The translations under genes were made by a program, and so were the position numbers. From a virus (taxonomy: Duplodnaviria; Caudoviricetes): a DNA stretch of 64,000 bases. Positions 49,429-60,018 of the stretch are shown here, in pieces. Where the stretch lies: positions 30,494 through 94,493 of the IMG/VR virus record IMGVR_UViG_3300033121_001357, one strand, 5' to 3'. Position 1 is the first letter of the stretch, and every line of letters starts with the position of its first letter. Below the pieces are notes generated by a model, which saw nothing but the letters and a program-made list of their open reading frames with translations, was not told where the DNA came from and searched no databases.

Positions 49429-50115
49429 ATGAAGCTTCATGCTTTAAGTTTTGACAAATCAGTGTTTAGTTCCGTTGGGTATTACCAGAGAAATCCACCA
49501 ACAGGAGCTCATTGCTGTTTGAACTTTACTCTTAAGGGGAAGAGAGGTGAGGTCTTCTTTGTTGGCAATGGTGGGGCTTTTCTGGGATGTGATCATTGTG
49601 GGGGAGATGCTGTTCTCTTCTACGATGCTCGGAGAAGTGTTGTAGCGTCGGAGTATAGGTACTGTCCTGGGTGTTTCTTCTCTCTCTTTGAGGAGGAGGC
49701 TCTGAGGATTTATCAGTGGTTGATGTCTGAGAACTCTGATGACTGGAGATTCCCTCCTGGTGGTCATAAGGTAGAGGAGAGGACTGTACAACTCTTTATG
49801 GTCTTTGTACATGAAGAGTATCCTGTACTGTTTGACTTGTTCTATGATCTTTCTAGGGAAGATGCAGAAGATGTCTCTTTGGAAGAGATGAGAGAGGCAC
49901 TTCATTCAAAGAATCAGGGGGATGATGGTGATTCCCTTGATGAGTTGGAGGAGTCTGAGGATCTTCCAGAAGAACCTGTTAAGGCCAAAGATGGTATTGG
50001 GCGGGATTTGCTAATGTACAGGCCTGCCCTGTCTATCTCCGATTACTCAGGTGATGGTCAGCAGCGCTCGTTTGATGAAGCGCTGGAGCGGATCCTTAGG
50101 CGAGGGCCGAGGTAA
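49429..50115 (+). CDS. Hypothetical protein (lower GC)
   Basis: AGGAG RBS; CxxC..CxxC. Confidence 0.6.
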   Translation: MKLHALSFDKSVFSSVGYYQRNPPTGAHCCLNFTLKGKRGEVFFVGNGGAFLGCDHCGGDAVLFYDARRSVVASEYRYCPGCFFSLFEEEALRIYQWLMSENSDDWRFPPGGHKVEERTVQLFMVFVHEEYPVLFDLFYDLSREDAEDVSLEEMREALHSKNQGDDGDSLDELEESEDLPEEPVKAKDGIGRDLLMYRPALSISDYSGDGQQRSFDEALERILRRGPR

Positions 50116-50386
50116 ACAATGCCTACTATCCCTGAATGTAAGGCTCAGATTCGTAGGCTTAAGGGCCTACTGAATAGTGGATGTCTTAAGGACTTTGAAG
50201 TACTTGCTAAGCAAGAGCTACTCCGTCAGTGGTCCTTGGCTTTGGCCAAGGCCACTACTGAAGCAACTTGTAGGAGTGTCAAATGAAGCTTGGGTATAAG
50301 CGGTGCTTTAAGCATTACTGTTGGTACAAAGTTAATCAGGGGTGTGAGTGGTGCGCTGAGGATCTTTTGATCATTCGGAGGCCAAA

Positions 50387-50785
50387 ATGAGTTGTGGATG
50401 TCGTATTCGTTTCTCTGGAAATCGGTGGACAACCTGTCAAGCGCCTAGTCCGTGCAAGTATCACGTTTGTGTTAGTTGCGGGGCGCCTGCTACTTCCTTC
50501 TGGAAGGATGCTTCGGATGTCGATCGGGGGCCGTACTGTGGCCCCTGTCGTGACCGTATGGAGGCACTGCATCAGGCAGTCTGGGATGCTTACGATGCCC
50601 AGATTGCTGCTCAAGAAGAGGAGCTTCTTGAGGAGCTGGAAGAGCTTGATCGGGTACAAGCACTTCGGAGCATTAAGCCTCGGAATCCTCGATTCCGTAA
50701 TCTTTGCTTCGATGACCTGGATGGCAAGGCCCCGAAGACCCCTGTCTCGAAGCGCTTTGCCTCAATCCGACGAGACGTCAAGTGA
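50387..50785 (+). CDS. Cys-rich hypothetical protein
   Basis: GGAGG RBS. Confidence 0.6.
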   Translation: MSCGCRIRFSGNRWTTCQAPSPCKYHVCVSCGAPATSFWKDASDVDRGPYCGPCRDRMEALHQAVWDAYDAQIAAQEEELLEELEELDRVQALRSIKPRNPRFRNLCFDDLDGKAPKTPVSKRFASIRRDVK

Positions 50786-51028
50786 GCCGCTCAAAGTATC
50801 ACTACGGCATTGAGCGGCATGGATACTTGTTCGTACTTGGTACTATCAAAGCCGACTCTAAGAAGAGTGCTTGGAAGAAGTTGATGAGGACTTCTGGAAG
50901 TGTTCTGGTCAAGAGTTTCTATGTGATGAGGAGGGTCCGATGACTCGATTCCTGCTGCCGTTGTTTGGTTGGATGATGGTTGGCGCTGCTGTTGGTGGCA
51001 CCATCACTTACTGGGTGTTGGGGTTCTA

Positions 51029-51568
51029 ATGGCTACTTATCAGAAGATTGACCTTTGGTCCCTCATTGGCAAGGTTGATGCTATCTGCGTCACTACCAAT
51101 GGGGTTGTGAAGTCGAATGGCGATGCAGTGATGGGAAGGGGATGTGCCCTTGAGGCACTTCGCTATGCCCCCAATGCTGCTACCCATCTTGGCGCCTTGC
51201 TCTCGACCCATGGCAATGTGCCCTTCATTCTGGACATGATTGGTGGCGGGACTACCGCCCTGGTCTCCTTCCCGACGAAGCCTGGTGTAGTCCATATCAG
51301 TAATCTGATGGAGCTTGCCCTTCGGGTTCTTCCTCAGTACCGTACGGGTCAGAGAGCTCCTGCTCTGATTCCTGGCTGGAAGTGCTACAGCGAAGAGCCT
51401 CTCGTCGAGAAGTCCGCTCGGCTACTCGTTGAGCTTGCGGATGCTCATGGCTGGAAGACTGTTGCTCTTCCAATGCCAGGGGTTGGAAACGGTGGCCTGA
51501 GTTCTTCTCGGGTTCGTGAGATTCTCGATGAGATTCTCGATGATAGGTTCATGGTGACGTATGCTTAG
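51029..51568 (+). CDS. Macro domain protein (ADP-ribose processing)
   Basis: DAICVTTN..VMGRGCA..SFPTK..VALPMPGVGNGGL. Confidence 0.85.
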   Translation: MATYQKIDLWSLIGKVDAICVTTNGVVKSNGDAVMGRGCALEALRYAPNAATHLGALLSTHGNVPFILDMIGGGTTALVSFPTKPGVVHISNLMELALRVLPQYRTGQRAPALIPGWKCYSEEPLVEKSARLLVELADAHGWKTVALPMPGVGNGGLSSSRVREILDEILDDRFMVTYA

Positions 51569-51797
51569 GGCTCGTTTTTACATTGAGGATGAAGATCCTC
51601 GTCCAGTAGTTCCGCCCATCCATCCTTATTGGATTTCTGGAACTTCTGGAGAAGCGAGCATCTTAGTCGCTTACGTCAAGGATCTGGAGGAGCTAAACCA
51701 GCTTTGGCCGGATGCTCGGGACGTTGATGTGCTTCAGGAGAACGCTACGATCCAATTTAATGGGCGGTTTCCGAAGCCGGAGTGGTTCAATGGATAA
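51561..51797 (+). CDS. Hypothetical phage protein
   Basis: DPRPV..HPYWISG..LWPDA..FPKPEW. Confidence 0.6.
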   Translation: MLRARFYIEDEDPRPVVPPIHPYWISGTSGEASILVAYVKDLEELNQLWPDARDVDVLQENATIQFNGRFPKPEWFNG

Positions 51798-51969
51798 TCT
51801 CAGTGTGACCTTCTACTGCCCCGACTGCGAGACCAATGCTCGTCGTCGGGATGGCTCTACGCCTCGCTGTCCTCAGTGTCGGAAAGACATGGTCCGGGTG
51901 GACCGTGAGGATCGCTTGCAGCCCAAGAAGAAGCGGAAGGGTGGTAAGAACCCCTTCAAGGATCGATGA
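51790..51969 (+). CDS. Small zinc-ribbon protein
   Basis: CPDC..CPQC. Confidence 0.55.
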   Translation: MDNLSVTFYCPDCETNARRRDGSTPRCPQCRKDMVRVDREDRLQPKKKRKGGKNPFKDR

Positions 51970-52507
51970 ACGTGCAGATTAGCCTGGTCATCTGTACTGC
52001 GGGGCATCGGCCCGATAAGCTTGGTGGCTATACAAAAGAGGTGGCTATCAAGTTGATGGCTACTGCCAGGCATGCAATCAAGACACTCCGTCCAAAGCAG
52101 GTGATCTCTGGGATGGCACTTGGATGGGATCAGGCTCTTGCTATTGCCGCAAATGAGGCTGGTATCCCATTCATTGCAGCAGTTCCACTGCGGAGTTTCT
52201 CTTCAAAGTGGAATCCGGAATCACAGAAGCGATACGAGAGCCTCCTTGGGAAGGCTGTCAAGGTCGTCTATGTGGACGAGCTCACCGATGGTAAGTATCA
52301 GGAGGCGAATAACTTTCTTCCCCTGGTAGATACCATCCAGTGAAGATGCAGACCAGAAATATGTGGATGGTAGACCATAGCAACGTTGTTGCTGCTCTCT
52401 GGGACGGAAGTTCAGGGGGTACTGGTAACTGTCTCGAATACGCTGGTGAGGTCAATCGACCCATCCAGAACTTCTGGGATCATTTCAAGACTGCGTCGCA
52501 GCCTTAG
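51966..52507 (+). pseudogene. YspA/DUF1273-like SLOG protein split by a -1 frameshift
   Basis: TAGHRPDKL..SGMALGWDQ; continues in the -1 frame after CTTCCCC (about 52320) as YHPVKMQTRNMWMVDHS..ALWDGSSGGTGNC. Confidence 0.85.
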
Positions 52508-52510
52508 GAA

Positions 52511-52723
52511 ATGGAGTTTCCCATGAACCATGCAAGTTGTCGCGCTTCTGCTCCTTGTAAGGAGCATGGGTGTACTGCGGAAGTCTGCTACTGCGATCCT
52601 CTCGGAGTCCGTATCCGAGATTGTCGTAGAGGGCTCTGCACTCCGGCTTATCCTTGTGATAGGCATCTCTGCACTTACGATGTCTGCAACTGCGACAAAG
52701 AAGAAGAGGCTTCGAAGAAGTGA
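52511..52723 (+). CDS. Small Cys-rich protein
   Basis: About 10 Cys in 70 aa. Confidence 0.45.
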   Translation: MEFPMNHASCRASAPCKEHGCTAEVCYCDPLGVRIRDCRRGLCTPAYPCDRHLCTYDVCNCDKEEEASKK

Positions 52724-52967
52724 GAGGTGAATTGGAGGTCTGGATCTTTGGAATTGTTCTAGACCTCTGGAAGAAATTCATCTCTGGAAGTTCTTCTTCA
52801 GGAGTTTCTTGTGTTCCGAGGAAGATTCATTCTCCATTTTCCTCGGGATGGAGTGAGGGAAGAGTGGAAAGTGGCTATTTCTGTGACTACTTCCAATCCT
52901 TTTCTTGCTTCTATAAAAGGAGATTATGTGTGTGGATAACGGTATCCACACATGAAAGGACAAATCG

Positions 52968-53285
52968 ATGAGCATGCGTGCCTTCTCCGGCGTCCAGTTC
53001 GACCGCCGCCTCACGACCTCCCTCCGCTCCCAGGGCATGATGATGCCCGATGGGCGCCTGATGTTCCACCGGGATGAAGAAAGTACCTCCCCGGGGCGCA
53101 TCCTGGAGGTCCTCGACAAGGAGGTGGTCAAGGATGGCAAGGTCGTGGACAACATCCACCTCCGCATCATCGACGGCGGCTTCCTGGGCAAGATGGAGCT
53201 CATCTCCAGCGACAAGAAGCCGCAGCTCCGTCTCCGCAGGCACCGGACGACCAAGAACGTCCGTGGCAAGAAGTCCAAGCAGTAG
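52968..53285 (+). CDS. Hypothetical protein
   Basis: AAAGGA RBS; GC3 bias. Confidence 0.65.
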   Translation: MSMRAFSGVQFDRRLTTSLRSQGMMMPDGRLMFHRDEESTSPGRILEVLDKEVVKDGKVVDNIHLRIIDGGFLGKMELISSDKKPQLRLRRHRTTKNVRGKKSKQ

Positions 53286-53373
53286 TTCGTTTCAAGGGGA
53301 GACGAAGGTCGTTCTCCCCTGTTTCATGAACCTTGCCAGGAGGTTATCCTGGCCAAATGAAAGGTAGAAGAAG

Positions 53374-54225
53374 ATGGACATCATTTCCCGTATTGAGAAG
53401 GTCGAGACGGTCGCAGAGCTGGTGAAGCTCTCGGCCGAGATTCAGGACTCGGCCGCCCAGGCTCGGTTCCTCAGCCGTCTGGTGGAGCTCCAGCGCAACG
53501 TCGGCGGCAGTCCGCTGTTCGCTCGCGAGGTCGAGGCCGATGGCGAGAGGCTGTACGCCCTCGGTTCCTTCTCGACCCACATCCGCGACAACGGGGAGGC
53601 CTTTGTCGTGTGCGAGCCGAACCACGCCGAGCGCGTGGGGCAGCTCGTGGTGGTCGTGGGGCATCAGTTCCTGCGGCGCGACAAGAGCTTCCAGGTCGTG
53701 CCCCTTGACCGTATCGTCAAGGGTGTCAACGGCCGACCCGACGCCGAGACCAACCTGAAGTGGGCGGTCGGCGGCTGGGCGATGCTGCTCGAGAGCAACG
53801 TCGGGACCCGCAAGTACACCGAGGTGTACTCCGGTCTCATCGGCGAGAACTCGGAGAACGGGCGCAACCTGAACGTGACGGTCGAGCCGACCGCCGTGTT
53901 CAACGGTGACTTCATTCGTGGCATCGTGAGCGACGTCATGCGGCAGACCTGGGGCGCCAGCTCGCTCCCGATGGTCGCCGATGGCGCTAGCCTCACGCAG
54001 ACCCTGGAGACCGTCCGCAAGCTCAACCGCTTCGGCGTCCAGGTCGCCGGCGGGACGAGCAAGCGACGGGTCCTCCACGGGAATACCGTGGTGGCGCTGA
54101 AGATGGAGGGCGGCGACGCCGCGGCCGCTGAGGGCGGCACCGCCAGTCGGGTGCAGCAGTTGCGCAACCAGCGCACCTCGGCGATGGCGGCCGCGGCGGC
54201 AGCGGCCGCGAACCGTGGCCGCTGA
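53374..54225 (+). CDS. Hypothetical protein
   Basis: GC3 bias. Confidence 0.7.
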   Translation: MDIISRIEKVETVAELVKLSAEIQDSAAQARFLSRLVELQRNVGGSPLFAREVEADGERLYALGSFSTHIRDNGEAFVVCEPNHAERVGQLVVVVGHQFLRRDKSFQVVPLDRIVKGVNGRPDAETNLKWAVGGWAMLLESNVGTRKYTEVYSGLIGENSENGRNLNVTVEPTAVFNGDFIRGIVSDVMRQTWGASSLPMVADGASLTQTLETVRKLNRFGVQVAGGTSKRRVLHGNTVVALKMEGGDAAAAEGGTASRVQQLRNQRTSAMAAAAAAAANRGR

Positions 54226-54601
54226 ACCTCAGCGGGTGCTCTTCCTGATTCGGGGCTGGCCCGGCTCGGGTAAGAGCACGATCGGAGAGCGACTCGCTGG
54301 TCAGCACTGTTACAGTGCTGACCAGTTCTTCGAACAGGGTGGGGCTTACCGCTTCGACCCTACGAAGCTTCAGGAGGCTCACCAGTACTGTAGAGATCGA
54401 GTACTGGAGGCCCTTACTGATGGAGTCCCTGTCGTGGCGGTGGCGAACACTTTTGTTCGCCAGTGGGAGATGAAGTGGTACAAAGATGCTGCTGCCCAGT
54501 GTGGGTACAGTGTCTTTGTCCTTCGGTGTGAGAACGACTTCTCAAATGTTCACGGAGTGCCTCAGGCAACTGTGGACAAAATGAAAGGGAGGATGGAATG
54601 A
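54215..54601 (+). CDS. P-loop polynucleotide kinase-like protein (AAA_33/N4BP2-like)
   Basis: IRGWPGSGKST..SADQFF..AH..VANTF..WEM..NVHGVP. Confidence 0.85.
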   Translation: MAAEPQRVLFLIRGWPGSGKSTIGERLAGQHCYSADQFFEQGGAYRFDPTKLQEAHQYCRDRVLEALTDGVPVVAVANTFVRQWEMKWYKDAAAQCGYSVFVLRCENDFSNVHGVPQATVDKMKGRME

Positions 54602-54831
54602 GCTTGATGATCGTCGCTCCGGAGACCCCGGAGGAGAAGGTGGAGCGTCAGAAGAAGGCCGAGGCGGAGGCGGAGGCCTTCAAGAAGGCGTGGCCCGCGC
54701 GAGCGTCGCTCAAGGCGGGTCCGAACAGCGTCCTCTCGAAGGCGCCGGCGACCGAGCCGCACAACTGGGCCGACTTGCTCGAGAAGGGGCTGCTCCTGAA
54801 GCACCCCTCGGGCCGGTTCGTCGCCCCCTAA
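54598..54831 (+). CDS. Small hypothetical protein
   Basis: GC3 bias; coupled overlap. Confidence 0.55.
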   Translation: MSLMIVAPETPEEKVERQKKAEAEAEAFKKAWPARASLKAGPNSVLSKAPATEPHNWADLLEKGLLLKHPSGRFVAP

Positions 54832-54850
54832 ACAGGCGAGGGGGTCGACC

Positions 54851-56023
54851 ATGTGGGTAGACCTCGACAACATCTCCCGTTCTCGATTCTGGGTCGATGA
54901 GCGGGAGATTCCTGGTGTGGGGACGCTCGTTCTCGTGCGTCCTCAAAAGATTCACTTCAAGTGGGAGGAAGATGAAGTCCATCTCCGCTCACTTCTCTGC
55001 CGACCAGATGGTACTGTGGTCTCTTCCGGCTTCCCGAAGTTCTTTAACTTCGGCGAAAAGCCTGAGCGGGACCAGAAGCTGTCGATGGAGATCGCATCGG
55101 AATGGGTGTTGTTCACCGAGAAGGTGGATGGATCCCTGATTATCCGCGATGTCATCGATGGCGTGGTGGTATGGCGTACCCGAGGAAGTCATGAGCTCGG
55201 AAGCTTCCACGATGGCGTAATGGCCGTTGTGGAGTCGAAGTATCCGAAGCTTCTCGACCCCGAAGTTGGCCTTGGTGGCTCGTACCTCTTTGAGTTCATC
55301 TCCCCTGAACACAAGGTCTGTTTGCTCTATGAGGAGGCTGACCTTCGATTCTTGGCGATGGTGAATCATGGAAGTCAACGGCTGAAGGTCTTCCCCGGCT
55401 TCGAGGAGGATGGCCTTCCTCGTCGACCGCGTTTTTACAACCTCAACGTGAAGAACTCCCATGAACTGGCCACCATGGTGGCTAAGATGCAGGGGGAGGA
55501 AGGCATCGTCGCCTGGACGCTTGGTGAGCAGCCTGGCTGGGAACTGACGAAGTTCAAGAGTCGTCAGTACCTGGCGCTGCACGCCATGAGAAGCACGCTG
55601 AACGAGCCCATGGCTCGTCTGTATTTTTCAGTGCTTCACATCCGGGATGAGGAGACTCTCATCGCTCGCCTGTCTGAGGATGGTGTCGACTGGGAGCTGG
55701 GTCAGATGTGTCTGCCTTGGTTCCAGACGTACCTCGCAGATCGGAAGACGCTCGAGGCCACCTTGCCGAGCATCTATGCTTGCGCTAGCGAGCATGCTAC
55801 CCGGAAGGACCGTGCGCTGGCTCTTCAGAGCTATGCGGCAGCCAACAAGGACAAAGCAGCGTTGCAACTCGGTATGGCATTGGCAGACAACAACACCGGG
55901 CTTGTTCACGAGATTATCTCGGCTAAGCTCTGTGGTAAGCCGCTGTCAGCGTACCGAGAAGCAGCTCAAGGCATTCGTCAGCTCCTTCGTGAGATGACGA
56001 GTAAAATGGGTGATGAGGAGTAG
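54851..56023 (+). CDS. T4 Rnl1-like RNA ligase
   Basis: GFPKFFNFGE, motif I EKVDGSLI, YLFEF, EEGIVA, KFKS..YL. Confidence 0.85.
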   Translation: MWVDLDNISRSRFWVDEREIPGVGTLVLVRPQKIHFKWEEDEVHLRSLLCRPDGTVVSSGFPKFFNFGEKPERDQKLSMEIASEWVLFTEKVDGSLIIRDVIDGVVVWRTRGSHELGSFHDGVMAVVESKYPKLLDPEVGLGGSYLFEFISPEHKVCLLYEEADLRFLAMVNHGSQRLKVFPGFEEDGLPRRPRFYNLNVKNSHELATMVAKMQGEEGIVAWTLGEQPGWELTKFKSRQYLALHAMRSTLNEPMARLYFSVLHIRDEETLIARLSEDGVDWELGQMCLPWFQTYLADRKTLEATLPSIYACASEHATRKDRALALQSYAAANKDKAALQLGMALADNNTGLVHEIISAKLCGKPLSAYREAAQGIRQLLREMTSKMGDEE

Positions 56024-56027
56024 GTCG

Positions 56028-56714
56028 ATGGGAGACGAAAGCGATATCGAACAGCGGTTTGAGAACCGTTGCAAGGAGGCCATCCAGGAGTGGCTCGATG
56101 AACATGGAGTCACAGATGACTTCAAGCTCTGGGCCGATGGATTCATCGAGGCCAAGGGCGTCGGCAACTCCTTTCTCTGGGAGTCCGAGGTCAGGATCCG
56201 CGATGCCAAATACGACCTGAATGAACTTCGGGAGAGGCATCAGCGGGCAGGTCACAAGCTCAATGTGCTGGAGAGCGAGTGCGCTCGTCTGAAGGCGACC
56301 AACGAGAACCTCCAGCAACAGATTCGAGAGCTGCATTTCAAGCAAGGGGTCCTTCCCTTTGTTCCGCTCATCCAGGGGTTCGTTCGAGAGATGCAGGAGA
56401 CCAATCCCTTGGTGGGCAAGATCCAGCTCATCAAGTCTGCTCGAAGCATCTCGGGCCTCGGTCTCAGGGAGACCAAGGAGGCGGTCGATGGGGTCTGGAA
56501 GCAGGAGGTTTTCGACAACGCGCTTGCTCTCGACAACCAGAAGCGGAAGGATGCGGAGGAGGTTCAGCAAAACTTCGTCCACATCAAGACCTTTGTGCGC
56601 TGCCTCCAGGAGGCTGGCATGACGAAGGGTCGAGTCAAGAACTTCCTCACCACGACACACCGGATGTCGGATGAGCGGGCGAATGCTTTGCTCTCTGAGT
56701 TCAGCTGGAACTGA
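56028..56714 (+). CDS. Coiled-coil protein with a ribosomal L7/L12 CTD-like motif
   Basis: KIQLIKSARSISGLGLRETKEAVD. Confidence 0.6.
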   Translation: MGDESDIEQRFENRCKEAIQEWLDEHGVTDDFKLWADGFIEAKGVGNSFLWESEVRIRDAKYDLNELRERHQRAGHKLNVLESECARLKATNENLQQQIRELHFKQGVLPFVPLIQGFVREMQETNPLVGKIQLIKSARSISGLGLRETKEAVDGVWKQEVFDNALALDNQKRKDAEEVQQNFVHIKTFVRCLQEAGMTKGRVKNFLTTTHRMSDERANALLSEFSWN

Positions 56715-56864
56715 TGCGACCTACGCCCCTGAGGATGTCAGGGGAGTCGAGAGAGTGCCCGGCGCGTTCGTGTCCGCCTCTCGGCGTTGCACTTTGTGCA
56801 CAAGACCGGGCGAAACAAAAACCTCCTCGAGCGCCATATGTTGCGCAATGAAGGGAGAACACGC

Positions 56865-59800
56865 ATGAAGCCCATCAGTGGTTTCGGCAGTCACGACAGA
56901 GATGTCGTGACCCTCGACGGTGATGTGGATATCACCATCGCCAGCGGGCAGCACCCGCACACCGCCAACATTCTGTGGCGAGAGGCCGACGTGCAGGGCA
57001 CGCAGCTCCTCGCCTACCGGCCCAGCCATCGGCACAATCTGAGCCGACTGCAGCTGGGCATCAGCACCACGCCCCGCGGGAAGACCTGGCGGCTGGTGCC
57101 CCAGCCCGCTGCCCTCATCATCAACTCCGATGGCAATGTCCTCGTGAGCAGCGAAGCCTATCGGCAGTACGACATGCTCATGAAGAAGGGCGATGTGGTG
57201 GGAGCGGAGCGGCTCTTCAAGAAGGAGCTCCTCCCGACCAAGCTCGAGCTGCTGCGGCAGGAGGCCATCCAGGCCCTTCAGGCCGGCGGCTACGACATCG
57301 CCGAGGCGACCGTGCAGGACACGGTCGCCTTCATGATGAACGACCCCACCGAGTCCGACCGCCTGATGGTCCAGGACCGCGGGCCCGTCATCCTCGACCA
57401 GGACCTCGTCGAGCTCTCGTCCCTCAAGGGCGTCAGTTCGGAGGCCCTGCGGTCGTTCGTGAGCATCATGAAGTACCGGGACCAGAGCGAGGCGGCCGAG
57501 AGGCTCGCTTCGAATCTCGAAGTAGAGTTCCCGGGCATCGACATCGATGCCATCGAAGAGACCCTGGCGCTGCGGTACGTCCGTGACGCCAATCTCGGTG
57601 GGCTCGTCGAGGAGGTTCCGGAGCCCATGCGGAAGACCTTCTGGGGCTTGCCCAAGATCGTCTTCGAGGCCCAGCAGAAGGGAAAGCGTTTCTTCAACTC
57701 CTTGGTGGAGAGGATGGCGCTGACCACCCAAGGGTGCTACATGCTCGCGGTCAACGAGCATGGCGAAGGCAACGACTTCCTTCGCGACCTGGGGTGCCAG
57801 GTCGCGATGTCCTACGACCTCTGCGTCATGGCCATTCGGAAGGAGGAGGAGAACTTCCAGGAGCTCCACGAGAAGTGGCAGCTCCGAGCCGATGCGATGG
57901 GCTCGGCCATCAACCTCGGCGATCTGGTCGGGAGCATCGAGGAGGTCGGTCTGGACGCACGTCCCCGGCCGACCATCAGCCACGATGAGCCCGGTGGTCT
58001 GGCGGACCACGCGACCGAGATGCTGGAGCGGGACCTGCTCCGTCGGGTCACGCCCCGTGATGAGTCGGTCTGGCTCGGCGACACGGAGATGTTCACCGAG
58101 AGCATCCCCTACGTTCGCCACCGCCGGGGCGATGAGCAGACGCTGGCGGGACATCCCGTCGCGTACCTCATCGAACAGGCCATCCAGGCCATGGGGCAGG
58201 ACGCGAATCCGGCCTTCATGACCTTCTTCGACAGCGAGGGGAACGAACACCCCCTGATGGAGTCGGATATCGAGGTGCTTCGGATGAAGCTCCACGAGTC
58301 CTACTTCTTCGACGAGCACGGCGAGCGGATGGTTCGGACCATCACCATGCCGGACGGCCTGACTCATCAGGTCCAGGTGGTGACCATCGATGGCTGCTTG
58401 GCGGACGTCGTCGAGCAGCTCAGTCCGATGGTCAATGGCTGGGCCGACTACCGGGTGATGGTGCATCACGAGCTGCCGTCGTTCGGCTACGTGAAGTGCT
58501 TGGATGCGGGAGACCGCACCATCGTCGGACAGGCATGGGTGCCTCCCTTCATCCCGGCTCGGACGCTCGACCAGGAGCCGGTGTACAAGGCGGGGGATAC
58601 CCTGACCTTCGACACCTTCTTCCAGTACCTGGTGTTCGTGACGCAGCTCACGCGGGTCCCGACCATCAGCCTCGAACAGGGGATGGTGGGCGACAAGGAC
58701 GCCGTGCCGGTCATCAGCGAGATGGGTGAGATGCTCACGATGGGCTACACCTATCGACCGCTGACCGAGGTCTTCCCGATGGTGGCCAACTTCATCTACT
58801 GGGTGGAGGAGGGCGTGCGGCGCGGGCGCGGCTTGGTGCTGCCCGGACTCGATGAGGGTCAGGCCTGCACCGACAAGCACTGGGGTCTCCCGGTCACCCG
58901 CGAGGGTGGCGAGGTGTTTCACACCGCCGGTTCGTTCCGTGACAAGGAGCTGACCGGGGAGCTGGATGACGTGGCGTCGTGGCTGGAGGCCATCACCCAG
59001 GAGCTCCACTCCTACCAGGAGTGGGCGCTGGAGATGGTCCAGAAGGCCAATGCCTGGCGAACGGAGGACTTCTTCAACCTCCTGGACCAGGCATACATGG
59101 AGGTCGCCGCGGACCCGACGGTCGTGGACCGCCGAGACATCGTCGGCGAGTCGGGACAGCGCATGAGCTGGTACTCGGCGCTGTCGATGGCGGCCTGGCA
59201 GGCCGTCATCGGCTTTAGCCTCGACAATGCCGTCCTCCCGTCGCCCGTCCGCAAGACGCGCGGCGCCTGGAACGCCGAAGAGCGGAGGTACGAGAACCAG
59301 TGGGCGGAGAACAACTCCGCTCTCTGGCGCATCATGGGTTACAACCTGAACCCGGACTTCTACCGGGGACCGCAGAGGCTCGTCCAGATGGTCGGGGAAC
59401 GGTGGATGCACCACCACCCCCTGGAAAACACCCTCAGGACGGTCTACGAAGGCACCAGCACCAAGAAGGTGCAGAAGCAGCTCATCACCTACACGGACCG
59501 TGGGAACTTCTCCACGGGCATCGTCGGTGATGCACTGGCCTCCTGGTGGGGCATCTGCATCGGGATGCGCCTCCCCGCGGTGCAGCGAAACATCCTGGGG
59601 ATGACGCTCCCGGAGCTCATCCACGCCTTCCGAAGCGAGACCTGGTCCCGGCACCTGCCGCATCAGCTCTACGCAGCCGCACAGCAGTACCCGCGCCTGA
59701 AGGCGAATCGTCAGTTCCCGAACCTCGAGAGGTTCCTGAACCTGGCATTCCCCGAAAGCCCGCAGTACGAGTCGTTCTGCACGCCGAAGGCGGTGGAAGC

Positions 59801-60014
59801 GAACGGTCACCCGATTCGCTTCTTCAGCGAGGCCAGGACCTTCGAGTACCTGGCGATGCTGAGCACGGTCCCCGAGCTGGCCTTCACGGTCCAGCAGCGG
59901 CTGTGCAGCCCCGAGTCGCTGAACGACACCGACCGGCAGTTCCTCCTGACGCTCGCTGAGCAGAAGGGCAAGGAGCTGGGTCGGGACCTCGTCGACCTCA
60001 TCCTGAGCATCTGA
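56865..60014 (+). CDS. Large hypothetical protein (about 1050 aa)
   Basis: AAGGGAG RBS before ATG 56865; strong GC3 bias; no motif recognised. Confidence 0.75.
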   Translation: MKPISGFGSHDRDVVTLDGDVDITIASGQHPHTANILWREADVQGTQLLAYRPSHRHNLSRLQLGISTTPRGKTWRLVPQPAALIINSDGNVLVSSEAYRQYDMLMKKGDVVGAERLFKKELLPTKLELLRQEAIQALQAGGYDIAEATVQDTVAFMMNDPTESDRLMVQDRGPVILDQDLVELSSLKGVSSEALRSFVSIMKYRDQSEAAERLASNLEVEFPGIDIDAIEETLALRYVRDANLGGLVEEVPEPMRKTFWGLPKIVFEAQQKGKRFFNSLVERMALTTQGCYMLAVNEHGEGNDFLRDLGCQVAMSYDLCVMAIRKEEENFQELHEKWQLRADAMGSAINLGDLVGSIEEVGLDARPRPTISHDEPGGLADHATEMLERDLLRRVTPRDESVWLGDTEMFTESIPYVRHRRGDEQTLAGHPVAYLIEQAIQAMGQDANPAFMTFFDSEGNEHPLMESDIEVLRMKLHESYFFDEHGERMVRTITMPDGLTHQVQVVTIDGCLADVVEQLSPMVNGWADYRVMVHHELPSFGYVKCLDAGDRTIVGQAWVPPFIPARTLDQEPVYKAGDTLTFDTFFQYLVFVTQLTRVPTISLEQGMVGDKDAVPVISEMGEMLTMGYTYRPLTEVFPMVANFIYWVEEGVRRGRGLVLPGLDEGQACTDKHWGLPVTREGGEVFHTAGSFRDKELTGELDDVASWLEAITQELHSYQEWALEMVQKANAWRTEDFFNLLDQAYMEVAADPTVVDRRDIVGESGQRMSWYSALSMAAWQAVIGFSLDNAVLPSPVRKTRGAWNAEERRYENQWAENNSALWRIMGYNLNPDFYRGPQRLVQMVGERWMHHHPLENTLRTVYEGTSTKKVQKQLITYTDRGNFSTGIVGDALASWWGICIGMRLPAVQRNILGMTLPELIHAFRSETWSRHLPHQLYAAAQQYPRLKANRQFPNLERFLNLAFPESPQYESFCTPKAVEANGHPIRFFSEARTFEYLAMLSTVPELAFTVQQRLCSPESLNDTDRQFLLTLAEQKGKELGRDLVDLILSI

Positions 60015-60018
60015 GTCC

